Both the position numbers and the translations under genes were made by a program. From the NCBI GenBank assembly GCA_963849735.1, contig CAWKJE010000003.1, positions 67,595-131,594 on the forward strand: a stretch of 64,000 bases of DNA, written 5' to 3'. Below, in pieces: positions 30,161 to 39,623 of this stretch. The number at the start of each line of letters is the position of its first letter. The first letter of the stretch is position 1. Under the pieces are notes generated by a model, which saw nothing but the letters and a program-made list of their open reading frames with translations, was not told the origin of the DNA and made no database searches. The DNA comes from an uncultured delta proteobacterium (GTDB lineage Bacteria > Myxococcota_A > Polyangia > Fen-1088).

Positions 30161-31114
30161 GTGAGAACGTCGCTCATCGGATTGGCGCTATGTCTTATGG
30201 CAGGGGTGGGCGCCTGTACCTTCGATGCCCAAGAGCTCAGGACGCCAGGCCTACAGTCGGATGGGGCCATCGACTCCGCCGGTGGTGGTGGCCAACTACA
30301 GGGCCATGATGGCGGCGGTACCGACTCCTCCATCCTGAAAACCGAGGTCCCGGTCTTCAGACCAGACGCTCCACCATCCGGGGAGGTTAGCGTCGCGGGC
30401 GATTCCGCTGTGCTTGACCTTCCCTACGCTGGAAACGATGGGGCGCATCCGGGGCTAGACACCCTATCTTGCGGTAGCACAGACGCTCCGGCCGGCGCGA
30501 CCTCGAGCACAGTAACCTTCCTGAATAGTGTCGCCACGGGACCTCTCCATGGCCATACTTTTGTCACGTGGGGCGAGGACGAGGTTGTGACCGATCCCGT
30601 CTGTCTGCCAGGAACCTATGTTCCCTCGACCCACGGTCGTGACTGCTCGGGCGGTGTCACCTGGCAAGAGGGATCGCAGCTTTGCCTCTCTGGCAGCGAC
30701 CCAGTCGATACGGGCGACCTGTCTTATAGCTGGGGCATCGCCATGGGCGTCAACGTCGACAGCTGTGGGGATGCCCTGGGGAGGTCGTACACCTCCGTCA
30801 GTGTTGCCTCATCCGGTGTGCCAGCGTCGGCCATTGATAACGGCTTGTGGTGGCTCGGGGTTGCGGTGCTCGACCCTGGCACCGGGGCTACCACCATTTA
30901 CTACGGGTCCGAGGGCAAGGCCGTGAGCGACCTGGGAAGAGAGGTGCCGTTCACCGAGTTCAACACCGACTTCTGGGATCCGTCCAGCGGCACTTATATG
31001 ACGCTCGACCAAGTGCCCAATATCGTGAGCTTCGAGGTCCTTATTGTCACGTCCCCGACGTATTCCACCGGACCATTCACTGACCTTTGCGTTTCGTCGA
31101 TCACATTGCTATAG
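30161..31114 (+). CDS. secreted lipoprotein, hypothetical
   Basis: GTG at 30161 with GAGG RBS. Lipobox-like 'LALCLMAGVGAC'. Gly/Ser/Thr-rich mature part. Confidence 0.6.
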   Translation: MRTSLIGLALCLMAGVGACTFDAQELRTPGLQSDGAIDSAGGGGQLQGHDGGGTDSSILKTEVPVFRPDAPPSGEVSVAGDSAVLDLPYAGNDGAHPGLDTLSCGSTDAPAGATSSTVTFLNSVATGPLHGHTFVTWGEDEVVTDPVCLPGTYVPSTHGRDCSGGVTWQEGSQLCLSGSDPVDTGDLSYSWGIAMGVNVDSCGDALGRSYTSVSVASSGVPASAIDNGLWWLGVAVLDPGTGATTIYYGSEGKAVSDLGREVPFTEFNTDFWDPSSGTYMTLDQVPNIVSFEVLIVTSPTYSTGPFTDLCVSSITLL

Positions 31115-31478
31115 GGCCAACTTCCCGACGGTGGCGCTCTGGGCAGTACGAAGCTGGATCTGGGCCGTGACGTTCATGATGTTCAGACCGCTCTGCCGCT
31201 TGGAACTCCCTGCACCTCGTCCAGCCAGTGCGGTAGCAACAGCTGGGGGCCCGAAGCGGCTGCCACGTTCTTGCACGGCGCCAAGCGGCCCGCCTTGGCA
31301 GCAATGCCATTGCCCTGGCCATGGTGGCGGCCGTGAGGTCTCGCTGGGTGCCGTTGTCGAACACCTGCAGGTCTTCGCCGGCCCGAAGCAGCTCAGCCAC
31401 TTTTGTCAGGGTGAGATAGTGCGAGTCCTGCGTGTCGTAGAGCTTCCGGTTCGCCTAGCGCTTGACGATTCGGGCCAT
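31101..31478 (-). pseudogene. phaR-like (PHA synthesis repressor family) gene remnant with premature TAG
   Basis: Minus-strand translation 'MARIVKR*ANRKLYDTQDSHYLTLTKVAELLRAGEDLQVFDNGTQRDLT' matches the PhaR N-terminus ('ERLIKKYPNRRLYDTQTSTYITLADVKALVMEGEEFKVVDAKSGDELT'). TAG at 31455-31457 sits where Tyr is expected. Similarity is lost after ~45 codons. Confidence 0.4.
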
Positions 31479-31555
31479 GCTGCCGAGATCATGGGACATG
31501 GCCGCATGGAGTCAATAGGCGTTTGATTGCGCACGCGCGCGCTGGTTTCGAATGG

Positions 31556-31726
31556 CTAGCGCTTGGGCACGATGCGCGCGAGCCCGTCGGCGAGGAGCTC
31601 CGTAGCGAGCTCGGAGATGCCTTTATCCTGCATGGCCGCCGCAATGCGCAATTCGTGCGTCACCTCCTTGGGCAGGAGGAGCCCGATCTTCTCCAGATTT
31701 TCGGGTTTGCCGGCTTTCTTGGCCAT
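31556..31726 (-). CDS. small DNA-binding-like protein (56 aa, possibly ribbon-helix-helix); below the ORF-track length cutoff
   Basis: ATG at 31726 to TAG at 31556-31558: 'MAKKAGKPENLEKIGLLLPKEVTHELRIAAAMQDKGISELATELLADGLARIVPKR'. Divergent from the promoter at 31796-31824. Confidence 0.4.
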   Translation of the reverse strand: MAKKAGKPENLEKIGLLLPKEVTHELRIAAAMQDKGISELATELLADGLARIVPKR

Positions 31727-31795
31727 GAGTAAAGGGTACCACTACGCCAATTTTCGAGCAAAGCCTAGCAGTGACTCTCTCTAGTTTATATACCT

Positions 31796-31824
31796 TAGAC
31801 AAGAAGTTAGAAAAATGCCATAAT
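31796..31824 (+). promoter_or_regulatory. sigma70-like promoter (TAGACA-17bp-CATAAT) for a probably leaderless transcript
   Basis: AT-rich island in high-GC DNA: TAGACA at 31796-31801, 17-bp spacer, CATAAT at 31819-31824. The ATG at 31831 lies about 7 nt downstream of the -10 box. Confidence 0.4.
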
Positions 31825-31830
31825 ACGACC

Positions 31831-31989
31831 ATGACAAACAAAGCGCCTCTGGGATCGATCATGCTGTTCCCGCTCACGTTCTCGACCTGGTCGAGCGCTG
31901 AGCTCGCGATCCTCCCGGCCATCGCTCACGAACCATCGCCGAGCACGCGCTCCCACTACGCGGTCCTGCAAGCCGAGGCGAAGTCATGA
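31831..31989 (+). CDS. small ORF (52 aa), hypothetical phage-like early gene
   Basis: ATG at 31831 directly after the -10 box. Stop overlaps the next ATG (ATGA at 31986). Confidence 0.35.
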   Translation: MTNKAPLGSIMLFPLTFSTWSSAELAILPAIAHEPSPSTRSHYAVLQAEAKS

Positions 31990-32192
31990 TTGCCGTTGTT
32001 CTGGCCAGCGAGGCCAATCTGGTGAGGACGCTCATCACTTTCGCTCGCTGGCGACACTGCTCGTCCTGTGGCGAGCTCGTGCTCTACATCGACGAGCAGC
32101 TCGCAACCGAGGGCGACTTCGCCTGCGGCTCCTGCCACCACCGAGCCGCCTCTGCCCAGGCTGCGAACGATAACGGGGACGGTGACCTGTGA
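31986..32192 (+). CDS. small zinc-ribbon protein (68 aa)
   Basis: 'CSSCGELV...CGSCHH' (two CxxC pairs). ATGA coupling to the previous ORF. Confidence 0.4.
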   Translation: MIAVVLASEANLVRTLITFARWRHCSSCGELVLYIDEQLATEGDFACGSCHHRAASAQAANDNGDGDL

Positions 32193-32336
32193 CTACGACC
32201 TTCGACGCCACTTACGACGCTTCCGACGACAAGCTCCGCCTCCGTGCGAGCTCTCGCCTGAAGGGAAGATCTCCCGGATGGCACCTTCGCTGGTGAAGGC
32301 ACCAACGTTCGAACAGGCATTGATGACGGTGAAACT

Positions 32337-32693
32337 ATGATCATAATCTTCGACAACGGTAAACCCTACTCGGACCACGCGCTCTACTTTGTCGATGCAC
32401 CAGCCGACTTCGAGCAGTGGTGGAACGGCGTCTATCGACCTTGGGTCGACGGGGCGGAAATGTACGCGCTCATGATCGTGGGCGTTGCCGACACGATCGA
32501 ATTGCGCGAGCCTCCGCCTCACACCCTTAGTCCGCTTTCCAAGTCGAATTGGGGAGACCTGCGTGCGCACGAAGATCCGCCGCTGCACGGGATCTCGACG
32601 ATGCCCGCGGTCGACTTCCTCCAGATCGAGGACGTCGAGCAGAAACGCGATGGCAAGCCCCGCCCTCGCTACCGACTTGAGAAACAGCCATGA
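32337..32693 (+). CDS. hypothetical protein (118 aa)
   Basis: ORF in a lower-GC segment, 'MIIIFDNGKPYSDHALYFVDAPADFEQWWNG...'. ATGA overlap with the following ORF. Confidence 0.4.
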   Translation: MIIIFDNGKPYSDHALYFVDAPADFEQWWNGVYRPWVDGAEMYALMIVGVADTIELREPPPHTLSPLSKSNWGDLRAHEDPPLHGISTMPAVDFLQIEDVEQKRDGKPRPRYRLEKQP

Positions 32694-32841
32694 CGACCAA
32701 GAAGACAGCTCGCGCGGCATCTCGTAGGCATCGCATCGACACCGAAACGACGAAGGAGGTCGAGGCCCTGGCCAGGATTGTCGGGGCAGACGAGTCTTCT
32801 ATTCACGGCCGACGATTTCGACCGACAAAAGGACTCCGAAG

Positions 32842-33459
32842 TCATTTCTGCTTCGGCGAGATTGTCGATGGGTCGGCTCTGCCTGGCTGTACCTCTTGGG
32901 CTGGGGCAGGGATGTCGTCGGGCCTAAGCGCCCTCTTTTGGCCGGTCTTCGGGTCGACGATCTCACCGCAGTCCGTTGCGTCGGCGAGTCCATCATCGTA
33001 GCCTCTTTGGTACTCCCGCTGAGCCAGCTCGGAGAGGGCAGTGGCTATCTCAACCAGGTGGGCCGCGTCCCGCGGCCGATTGCGCAACACCTTGGCTAGC
33101 GTCTCCAGCGATGATCCGTCGATGGTCAGACACGCCACCATGGCGTCGTACTCGGCACGTAGGCCGCGAACGACCGCCGGAGCTTGCTTGAGGCTTATCA
33201 CCGTGTCTGCGAGCGACTTCCCGTCGTGGAAGCTTTCAAAGGCCGCCGCGGCGACCGCACCGTTCGGCTCTACGCCGGGCTCGCCGCCGGACACTCCGCG
33301 TAGGACGGCGGCGACCTCCTCCGGCTGGTAGCGCCACGAGCCGTCGGGTGCCTTCGTTGGGTGGAAGGTGACGTTGTCGCGCGCCCTCACCTCGGTCTCG
33401 GTCACGCCGAGAAGTGCGGCGACTTGCCGTCGGGTTAGCAGGGTTGCATTGGTTCCCAT
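32842..33459 (-). CDS. excisionase/MerR-type HTH DNA-binding protein
   Basis: N-terminus 'LLTRRQVAALLGVTETEVRARDNVTFHP' is an excisionase-family HTH. Divergent from the 33691 gene. Confidence 0.6.
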   Translation of the reverse strand: MGTNATLLTRRQVAALLGVTETEVRARDNVTFHPTKAPDGSWRYQPEEVAAVLRGVSGGEPGVEPNGAVAAAAFESFHDGKSLADTVISLKQAPAVVRGLRAEYDAMVACLTIDGSSLETLAKVLRNRPRDAAHLVEIATALSELAQREYQRGYDDGLADATDCGEIVDPKTGQKRALRPDDIPAPAQEVQPGRADPSTISPKQK

Positions 33460-33690
33460 GGGTTTCTCCGGTGTGTTGTTCCAGGGGTTGATGCGTGTGC
33501 CTCAACACTGCGATTTCTCACGAACCAGCCCGTGCCAGACATGGGTTCCATTGGCCACGGGATGGATTTTCCACGGGAGCTTCCCAGGGATTCGGAAACA
33601 ACCCAGGACCTACTGTCGCGCTCAAATGTCCTGGGTACACCCGAATCCAGGGCCACCCTTCTTGTCGTAACCCTGAACCAGGAGGACAAG

Positions 33691-35046
33691 ATGATTGGAC
33701 AAGGTATTAACACGCAACGTATTCAACGATGGGCTACTGCCGTGGTGCGTGGTCCAAACGCACCAGCCGGTAGTCTCAGGCTCACGCTTCATCATGCATC
33801 GATTGATGATGCGGTGCGACTGCTGCGAACGTGGGAGCTGGATGGCATTCCACCGAGAGAAGATCTCGATGATGTCATCGGGGAAATCGACCGGGAAGCA
33901 GCCGAGGACGCGTCGCAGCTGGGATGGGGCGTTCAGCGCTATGTTCTGCGCGCTGCAACCGGCGAAGGCCGCGAGCTTGGCAGCCTGACGCTCAGGTACT
34001 CTGCGAGTGCCGTGGCGCCGGGAGACGCTGGGATGTTCGCCGACTCGGAACCAGCGAATGCCCGCGGGCAGGTCGCGCTAGCGATGCGCCACACGGACGG
34101 CGCCTACAGACTATTGGCCACTGGCTTCGGCAACATTCTCGATTCCATGAACCGGCGTTTGGGGCAGCAGGATGCACTCATAGAGAAGCTCATGAGCACG
34201 TATGTGCGCCAGTGCGAGTTGACCGGCGAAATGATGGACAAGCGGATCGAGCGCGAGGTCTGGGCCGAGACCAAGAAGAAGGAAGCGGAGATCGATCTTC
34301 ATCGACAGATCGCCGAACTGGACCGCCACGAAATGTGGACCAAGATGGGCTTTGAGCGGCTGGCGCCCCTGATCCCGGTCTTGCTGACCAAGCTCGGTGG
34401 TAAGGGCGCCGCCCCGACGCAGGCGACTGCTCGGGATGAGGTTCTCGCCGGCATCATCGAAACTCTGACTCCCGAGCAGGTCGCCGGCCTGCAAGGTATG
34501 TTGACCGAGTCGCAGATGGCGGCGCTGATGTCGCTGGTTGCCGATCTCCAGGAGGTCCGTTCGCCCGGGATGACACCCCCGCCTGCCCAGGGGATGTCGT
34601 CACCCAACTGCAAGCCGTCAGACCAAACGGGCGTTCTCGCCATTGTGCGCATCAAGAAGGACCTGTTGCCGTGGGCCATCGAACGGTTGCGGTCGGCTCA
34701 GCCGCTCGACCCACCGACGGATATGGTGAAGATCATCAAGATCTTCACTCTCCTGGTCAAAGCGCTTTCTCGCGACCAATACGACCGACTTATCACGACA
34801 GACGATCCTCTCACGCCCGCCGAGCGGACAGCCTTCGGCAGGCTCGCAGAGCACCTCAACCTGGCACCCAAAGGAGCTGTTGCGGCGCCGCCGATGGTGG
34901 ATAGCAAGTCGCCCGCGAAAACGGCGTCTATCCTGGGAACGGCCACCCTGGCTGACGCTGTCGCGAAGGGCATACCGATAATTCCCAAAGGGTTCGCGTT
35001 TGGGCCGCACGTTCCTGGCGCTCCGGAGCCAAAGAAAGACAAGTAG
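33691..35046 (+). CDS. hypothetical protein (451 aa), coiled-coil rich, phage-like
   Basis: ATG at 33691 with AGGAGG RBS. No known motif. Confidence 0.55.
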   Translation: MIGQGINTQRIQRWATAVVRGPNAPAGSLRLTLHHASIDDAVRLLRTWELDGIPPREDLDDVIGEIDREAAEDASQLGWGVQRYVLRAATGEGRELGSLTLRYSASAVAPGDAGMFADSEPANARGQVALAMRHTDGAYRLLATGFGNILDSMNRRLGQQDALIEKLMSTYVRQCELTGEMMDKRIEREVWAETKKKEAEIDLHRQIAELDRHEMWTKMGFERLAPLIPVLLTKLGGKGAAPTQATARDEVLAGIIETLTPEQVAGLQGMLTESQMAALMSLVADLQEVRSPGMTPPPAQGMSSPNCKPSDQTGVLAIVRIKKDLLPWAIERLRSAQPLDPPTDMVKIIKIFTLLVKALSRDQYDRLITTDDPLTPAERTAFGRLAEHLNLAPKGAVAAPPMVDSKSPAKTASILGTATLADAVAKGIPIIPKGFAFGPHVPGAPEPKKDK

Positions 35047-35147
35047 GACCGGGTGCTCGCGCACGGGGTCTCTGGCCCTTTGACCGATCGGGGCTGGGTG
35101 TCCGCGCCAAGAGCGCGTTCGCCCCGTGCACGAGCTATAATGTACTG

Positions 35148-36074
35148 ATGAACAGGGCTAAGAAGGGTGGAAAGCGGGGTCCCGCGCGAAAAGAGCCGAC
35201 ACCGGAACAAATCGCTCGACTGCCAGAATTGTTGAAACGGGCGCGCCGTATTCATCAGTTCAACCAGGGATTCGATCTTCTGAGGGAGGCTGCGGCCCTG
35301 GCACGCAGCAGCGACGAGAAGATTGTCGCCGCTGAGAAAATGTGGCTGCAGATGCTCCTGGACCGCGAACCAAGGGCCCAACGGGTATCAAACGAAACCG
35401 AAGCATCGCCACCGCCTGCTTGTCTGTCTCCATCAACGAAGGTGACCAACCTGGCAGCGGAAGGTCGTGTGTCGCCTGGCCTCCCAACCGACGGGACCGA
35501 TGGGGTGCGGGCCGAGGCGCCATTGGATCAAGAACTAGGTGCGTTGCGCCAAGGCTCACCGCCTGCCGGCCAGCTACCATCCGAGAAGGCCACCGTAACC
35601 GACGTGGGAATCGGCGGAACGCCCGGCGTTCTTATGGCTGTCGCTCGAAGTCTATTGCGTCGCGTAGACGGCATCCTCAGGGAGGCGCTCCACGAAGCTG
35701 TTGACGGTGAGGATGTTGCCGAACCCGGTGAGGGGGTGGATCACGTCTATTATCGGCTGATCGAGAGCGAATTGGGGCTGGGTAGGACGGCAGCCGCGAG
35801 GCTATTGGTCAGGAAGAAGTTAGATAGCATGACGGATTACGAGCAGGACCGCCGGAGACAGCTGGTGAATCGGCGGCGGGGCGCGTCGAAGAAAGTGCTC
35901 GATCAGGCAAAGGCGCATTTTCTACCAGGGTTCAAAGCGTCGCTTGAGAAGCGAGGGATCCAGTTTGATCCAAAGGACGAACCATTGCTCGATCAATACG
36001 TCCGCCAAGCGCTCCTCGAAGCCACAGCCGATCCGACTCTTGACGCGCAGGTTCCTCTCGTCAAGCTCGGGTAA
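35148..36074 (+). CDS. hypothetical protein (308 aa)
   Basis: Long ORF beginning 'MNRAKKGGKRGPARKEPTPEQIARL...'. No known motif. Confidence 0.5.
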   Translation: MNRAKKGGKRGPARKEPTPEQIARLPELLKRARRIHQFNQGFDLLREAAALARSSDEKIVAAEKMWLQMLLDREPRAQRVSNETEASPPPACLSPSTKVTNLAAEGRVSPGLPTDGTDGVRAEAPLDQELGALRQGSPPAGQLPSEKATVTDVGIGGTPGVLMAVARSLLRRVDGILREALHEAVDGEDVAEPGEGVDHVYYRLIESELGLGRTAAARLLVRKKLDSMTDYEQDRRRQLVNRRRGASKKVLDQAKAHFLPGFKASLEKRGIQFDPKDEPLLDQYVRQALLEATADPTLDAQVPLVKLG

Positions 36075-36316
36075 TTCTGGACGCCAGCTTCGCTCATAAC
36101 GTCCAGCACTGAGCACCCGGAGGGTGGGAGGCTCTAGCTCGCGACCATGCCGAGTGTGCCTCGCACCAGGAACGCCCACCTGCTCATCGACGGTGAACCG
36201 ATCGGCCTCGACCGATTCGCCGACGTGGTGGCGATCAAGGTCATCGAGCAGCTCGGGCGGCGTGGTATCATTGCCCCCTCTGGCATTCGGTCGCACCGCC
36301 GAAAGGAGGACACCCA

Positions 36317-37495
36317 ATGGTGCGACAAGACGAACCCCGGGGACGGGTCCATGGACCGTACCCCTATCGGCGACAGTGGCGAGTCGTCGTGGTCCATGAG
36401 GATGGCCAACGAGATCATCGCTACTTCGCGACGCAAGAGGACGCAAAACAGGTAGCTCGATCATTGCGGCGGATGTTGGGAAAAGCTGCCGCCAAACTAC
36501 TCACGAAGGCGTTGGAGGAATACGAAGTGTTCGCGCGCGATGACCTCGGCAACAAGCCGACGTCGACGAAAACGACGGCGGCTCGGTTGACCCAGTTCTT
36601 CCTGGGCTACGACGGTAGCCTGGAAGATCTGGACGAGGCCGAGTGTGCCCGAAGGTACGAGACGCTCCGCAACCACACCACGGTTCATGGCAAACGCATC
36701 GCGGACACCACGCAACTGAACACCTTGGCCCAGGTAAAGACGTTCCTTGACTGGTGCGTGAAGAAGGGCTGGGCGAAATCCAACCCGGCGGCGAGCGTGG
36801 AAGGCAAGGGGAGGTATCGACACGGTAAGCCACAGCTTCGTGTCAATGAGGCTAGGCGGTGGCTGGCGACAGCGGCGAAGATCGCTCGAGAGGCGGAAAC
36901 GACAGGGAAGAAGGAGGGTGCTCTAAAGGCGATCCTCACGTTGTTGTTGGGCCTGCGGGAGTCAGAGGTCTTGAACCGACAGGTTCGGGACGTTGACGAT
37001 GGCGGGCGTTTGCTGTGGATCCCCGACACGAAGACGGAGGCTGGGAGGCGGACGCTGGAGGTGCCCGAGGAGATCGTTCCTCTTCTGCTTCGGCAAGCCG
37101 GGAACCGGCCCGGGATGGAACCGCTCTTTGCTCATCGAACGCGTGGCATCGCTCGCAAGTGGGTCCAGCGAATCTGCCGGCGTGCGGGCGTCATGGTGGT
37201 GGGGGCGCAATCGATGCGGGGCCTGCACGCCACGCTTGCCGTGAAGGCTGGCATCACCAGCCACGCGGTGGCGTCGGCGCTGGGCCACACGTCGTTCTCC
37301 ACGACAGCGAGGAGCTACGCCAAGCCGGAGGCGGTGGAGGGGGCCAAGCAGCAACGGGCGATGGCGGTGCTCAGCTCGCCAGCGCCCGCGAACGAGAACG
37401 CCGCCGAGCACCCAGACGACGAGAAGTTGCACAACTTTCTGCACAACTTTTCGCCATTTTCAGCGAACGCGTCAAAGGGTCGATCGGACAACTAG
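36317..37495 (+). CDS. int: tyrosine-type site-specific recombinase/phage integrase
   Basis: AP2-like arm-binding N-terminus ('GPYPYRRQWRVVVVHEDGQRDHRYFATQEDAKQ'). Catalytic region 'GLRESEV', 'HATLAVKAGITSHAVASALGHTSFSTTARSYAKPE' (R..HxxR..Y). AAGGAGG RBS. Ends 21 nt from the tRNA 3' end. Confidence 0.85.
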   Translation: MVRQDEPRGRVHGPYPYRRQWRVVVVHEDGQRDHRYFATQEDAKQVARSLRRMLGKAAAKLLTKALEEYEVFARDDLGNKPTSTKTTAARLTQFFLGYDGSLEDLDEAECARRYETLRNHTTVHGKRIADTTQLNTLAQVKTFLDWCVKKGWAKSNPAASVEGKGRYRHGKPQLRVNEARRWLATAAKIAREAETTGKKEGALKAILTLLLGLRESEVLNRQVRDVDDGGRLLWIPDTKTEAGRRTLEVPEEIVPLLLRQAGNRPGMEPLFAHRTRGIARKWVQRICRRAGVMVVGAQSMRGLHATLAVKAGITSHAVASALGHTSFSTTARSYAKPEAVEGAKQQRAMAVLSSPAPANENAAEHPDDEKLHNFLHNFSPFSANASKGRSDN

Positions 37496-37516
37496 CGAGA
37501 ATTATTAGCTTATTTG

Positions 37517-37590
<74 letters not shown>

Positions 37591-37674
37591 TGACCCGGCG
37601 AGCCGGATGGGAGGCATATTACTTGGCGTGATCGGGTTTGCAACCATGAAGTCGAGTCGGTCTATTCTTGGGCC

Positions 37675-38535
37675 GTGGGACACATGGGCGAGAAAGCTCT
37701 TGGAAGGTCAGATGGCGCCAGCCCGGGTTCGGGGACAGGACGGTCAGCTAACGACGGCCAGTCGCACGAGCTCGGGGCGGAGCGTAGGCCTAAAGTCCGC
37801 TCGGGCAGGCTGCGCGCAGATGTGGCGGTGGTGGAGCAGGGGTTGGCTCCGTCAAGGGAACGGGCCCGCGCGTTGATTTTGGCTGGGCAGATCCTTTGTG
37901 CCGACCGTCCGGTGGAAAAGGCGGGTGAGCTGTTGCCGGAAGGCGCGCTGCTGCGTATGCGCGGGGAGCCGTTGCCATACGTGTCACGTGGGGGGCTGAA
38001 GCTGGCGCATGCGCTGCGGACCTTCGAGGTGGAGGTGGCCGATGCGGTGGCGGTAGATGTCGGGGCATCGACTGGCGGCTTTACCGATTGCTTGCTGCAG
38101 AGCGGCGCCGCGCGTGTTTATTGTATCGATGTGGGGCATGGTCAGCTCGACTGGAAGCTAGCGTCGGACCCGCGCGTGGTCGTTATCGACCGCACCAACA
38201 TTCGGCATATGCCGGCCGACCGGATCCCCGAGCGCTGTACCTTGGCCGTGGTCGACGTCTCCTTTATTTCGCTGCGCTTGGTGCTGCCGATGCTGCCCGC
38301 TCTCCTCGTGCCGGCTGCCCCAGTGCTGGCCCTGGTCAAGCCGCAGTTCGAGGTCGGCCGCGCCAAGGTCGGCAAGGGCGGCATCGTGCGTGACGATGCC
38401 CATCGCAGGCAGGCGCTGGCCGACGTGGCGGCGGCGGCGCGTGCGCTCGGCTTTGCCGTGCTCGGGGAAACCACGTCGCCGATTACCGGCGGCAAGGGAA
38501 ATGTGGAGTTTCTCCTGCATCTGCGTTTACCATAG
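37675..38535 (+). CDS. tlyA: TlyA-family rRNA 2'-O-methyltransferase (hemolysin A-like); start uncertain
   Basis: S4-like 'RLRADVAVVEQGLAPSRERARALILAGQI'. FtsJ-like 'VDVGASTGGFTDCLLQSGAARVYCIDVGHGQL'. Confidence 0.75.
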   Translation: MGHMGEKALGRSDGASPGSGTGRSANDGQSHELGAERRPKVRSGRLRADVAVVEQGLAPSRERARALILAGQILCADRPVEKAGELLPEGALLRMRGEPLPYVSRGGLKLAHALRTFEVEVADAVAVDVGASTGGFTDCLLQSGAARVYCIDVGHGQLDWKLASDPRVVVIDRTNIRHMPADRIPERCTLAVVDVSFISLRLVLPMLPALLVPAAPVLALVKPQFEVGRAKVGKGGIVRDDAHRRQALADVAAAARALGFAVLGETTSPITGGKGNVEFLLHLRLP

Positions 38536-38539
38536 TGCG

Positions 38540-39511
38540 ATGCACGTTCTGCTCACCGGAGCGGCAGGGTTCATTGGCTCCCACCTAGCCGAGCGACTAT
38601 GCGCGCGCGGAGATCGGGTGACGGCCTTCGACAATTTCGACCCCTTCTATGCGCGCGAGGTGAAGGAGCGTAACTTGGCCGGCCTGCGCCGACATGGCGC
38701 GTTTGAGCTGGTCGAGGGTGATTTGACCGATCCACGCGACGTGAAGCATGTCTTCGATGTGGCGGTGGGCGTTGACCTGGTGGTGCATCTGGCCGCTCTC
38801 GCGGGTGTGCGTCCTTCGATCGCCGACCCGGCTGCGTTCTGGAAGGTCAATGTCAGTGGATCGCTCAACCTCTTCCAGGCCTGCTACGCGCGTGGGATAA
38901 AACGCATGGTCTTTGCCTCCTCCTCTTCCGTCTACGGGGAGGGCAGCCAGCGCCCGTTTTCCGAGCAGGAGGCCTGTGATCACCCGCTTTCTCCTTACGC
39001 GGCCAGCAAGCGCGCCGGAGAGCTGATGGCCTTCAATCACCACCACCTTCATGGCGCATGGGTTACCTGTTTGCGCTTCTTTACCGTGTATGGCCCCCGC
39101 CAGCGCCCCGATCTGGCCATCCACAAGTTCACCCGGCTCATCGACGCCGAGAGGCCCGTTCCGATCTATGGCGATGGTACGTCATCGCGCGACTACACCT
39201 GGATCGACGACATTATCGACGGGGTTTGTGCCGCCATCGACCAGCAGACTCGGGCCGACCAGCCCGGTTTTCGCGTCTACAATTTGGGCGGCTCGCAACC
39301 CACCCGGCTGCGGGAGTTGGTGGACAGAATTGCGGACGCGCTCGGCAAGCCCGCCATCATCGACTGGCGACCCGAGCAGCCGGGTGATATGGCGCACACG
39401 CTGGCTGACATACGTCGCGCTGGCGCCGAGCTTGGCTATGCACCCCAGGTGTCCGTCGAGATCGGCATTCCCCGCTTCGTGAAGTGGTGGCGCCTCGTTC
39501 AGCAGGGGTAG
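38540..39511 (+). CDS. NAD-dependent epimerase/dehydratase (UDP-sugar 4-epimerase family)
   Basis: 'MHVLLTGAAGFIGSHL' Rossmann motif. 'YAASK' catalytic YxxxK. Confidence 0.85.
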   Translation: MHVLLTGAAGFIGSHLAERLCARGDRVTAFDNFDPFYAREVKERNLAGLRRHGAFELVEGDLTDPRDVKHVFDVAVGVDLVVHLAALAGVRPSIADPAAFWKVNVSGSLNLFQACYARGIKRMVFASSSSVYGEGSQRPFSEQEACDHPLSPYAASKRAGELMAFNHHHLHGAWVTCLRFFTVYGPRQRPDLAIHKFTRLIDAERPVPIYGDGTSSRDYTWIDDIIDGVCAAIDQQTRADQPGFRVYNLGGSQPTRLRELVDRIADALGKPAIIDWRPEQPGDMAHTLADIRRAGAELGYAPQVSVEIGIPRFVKWWRLVQQG

Positions 39512-39623
39512 GCTGTCTCGGCCAGCCGCCAAGGTGTCGTGGGGATCTGTAGCCTGCTGTGTGACTAGCGCGCGGCGCTACGGAGGAGGCTTGGACGACG
39601 GACGTCTGGGGTATCGCGGGCAA

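Noticed and set aside
31044-31526. Plus-strand ORF 31044-31526 (160 aa) and minus ORF 31101-31400 as real genes
   Set aside because: The minus strand in a different register shows clear PhaR N-terminal homology interrupted by a stop. The long ORFs are better explained as read-through frames of a decayed gene.
32690-33001. ORF 32690-33001 (+) as fourth gene of the small-ORF operon
   Set aside because: Its last ~160 nt overlap the convergent HTH gene (32842-33459), whose excisionase-type N-terminus is convincing. Only its first ~50 codons may be real, so it is not listed as a feature.
36147-36455. ORF 36147-36455 (+) upstream of the integrase
   Set aside because: It overlaps the well-supported integrase start (36317, strong RBS) by ~140 nt in another frame. 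A short excisionase-like gene ending before 36317 cannot be excluded, but no in-frame stop supports it.
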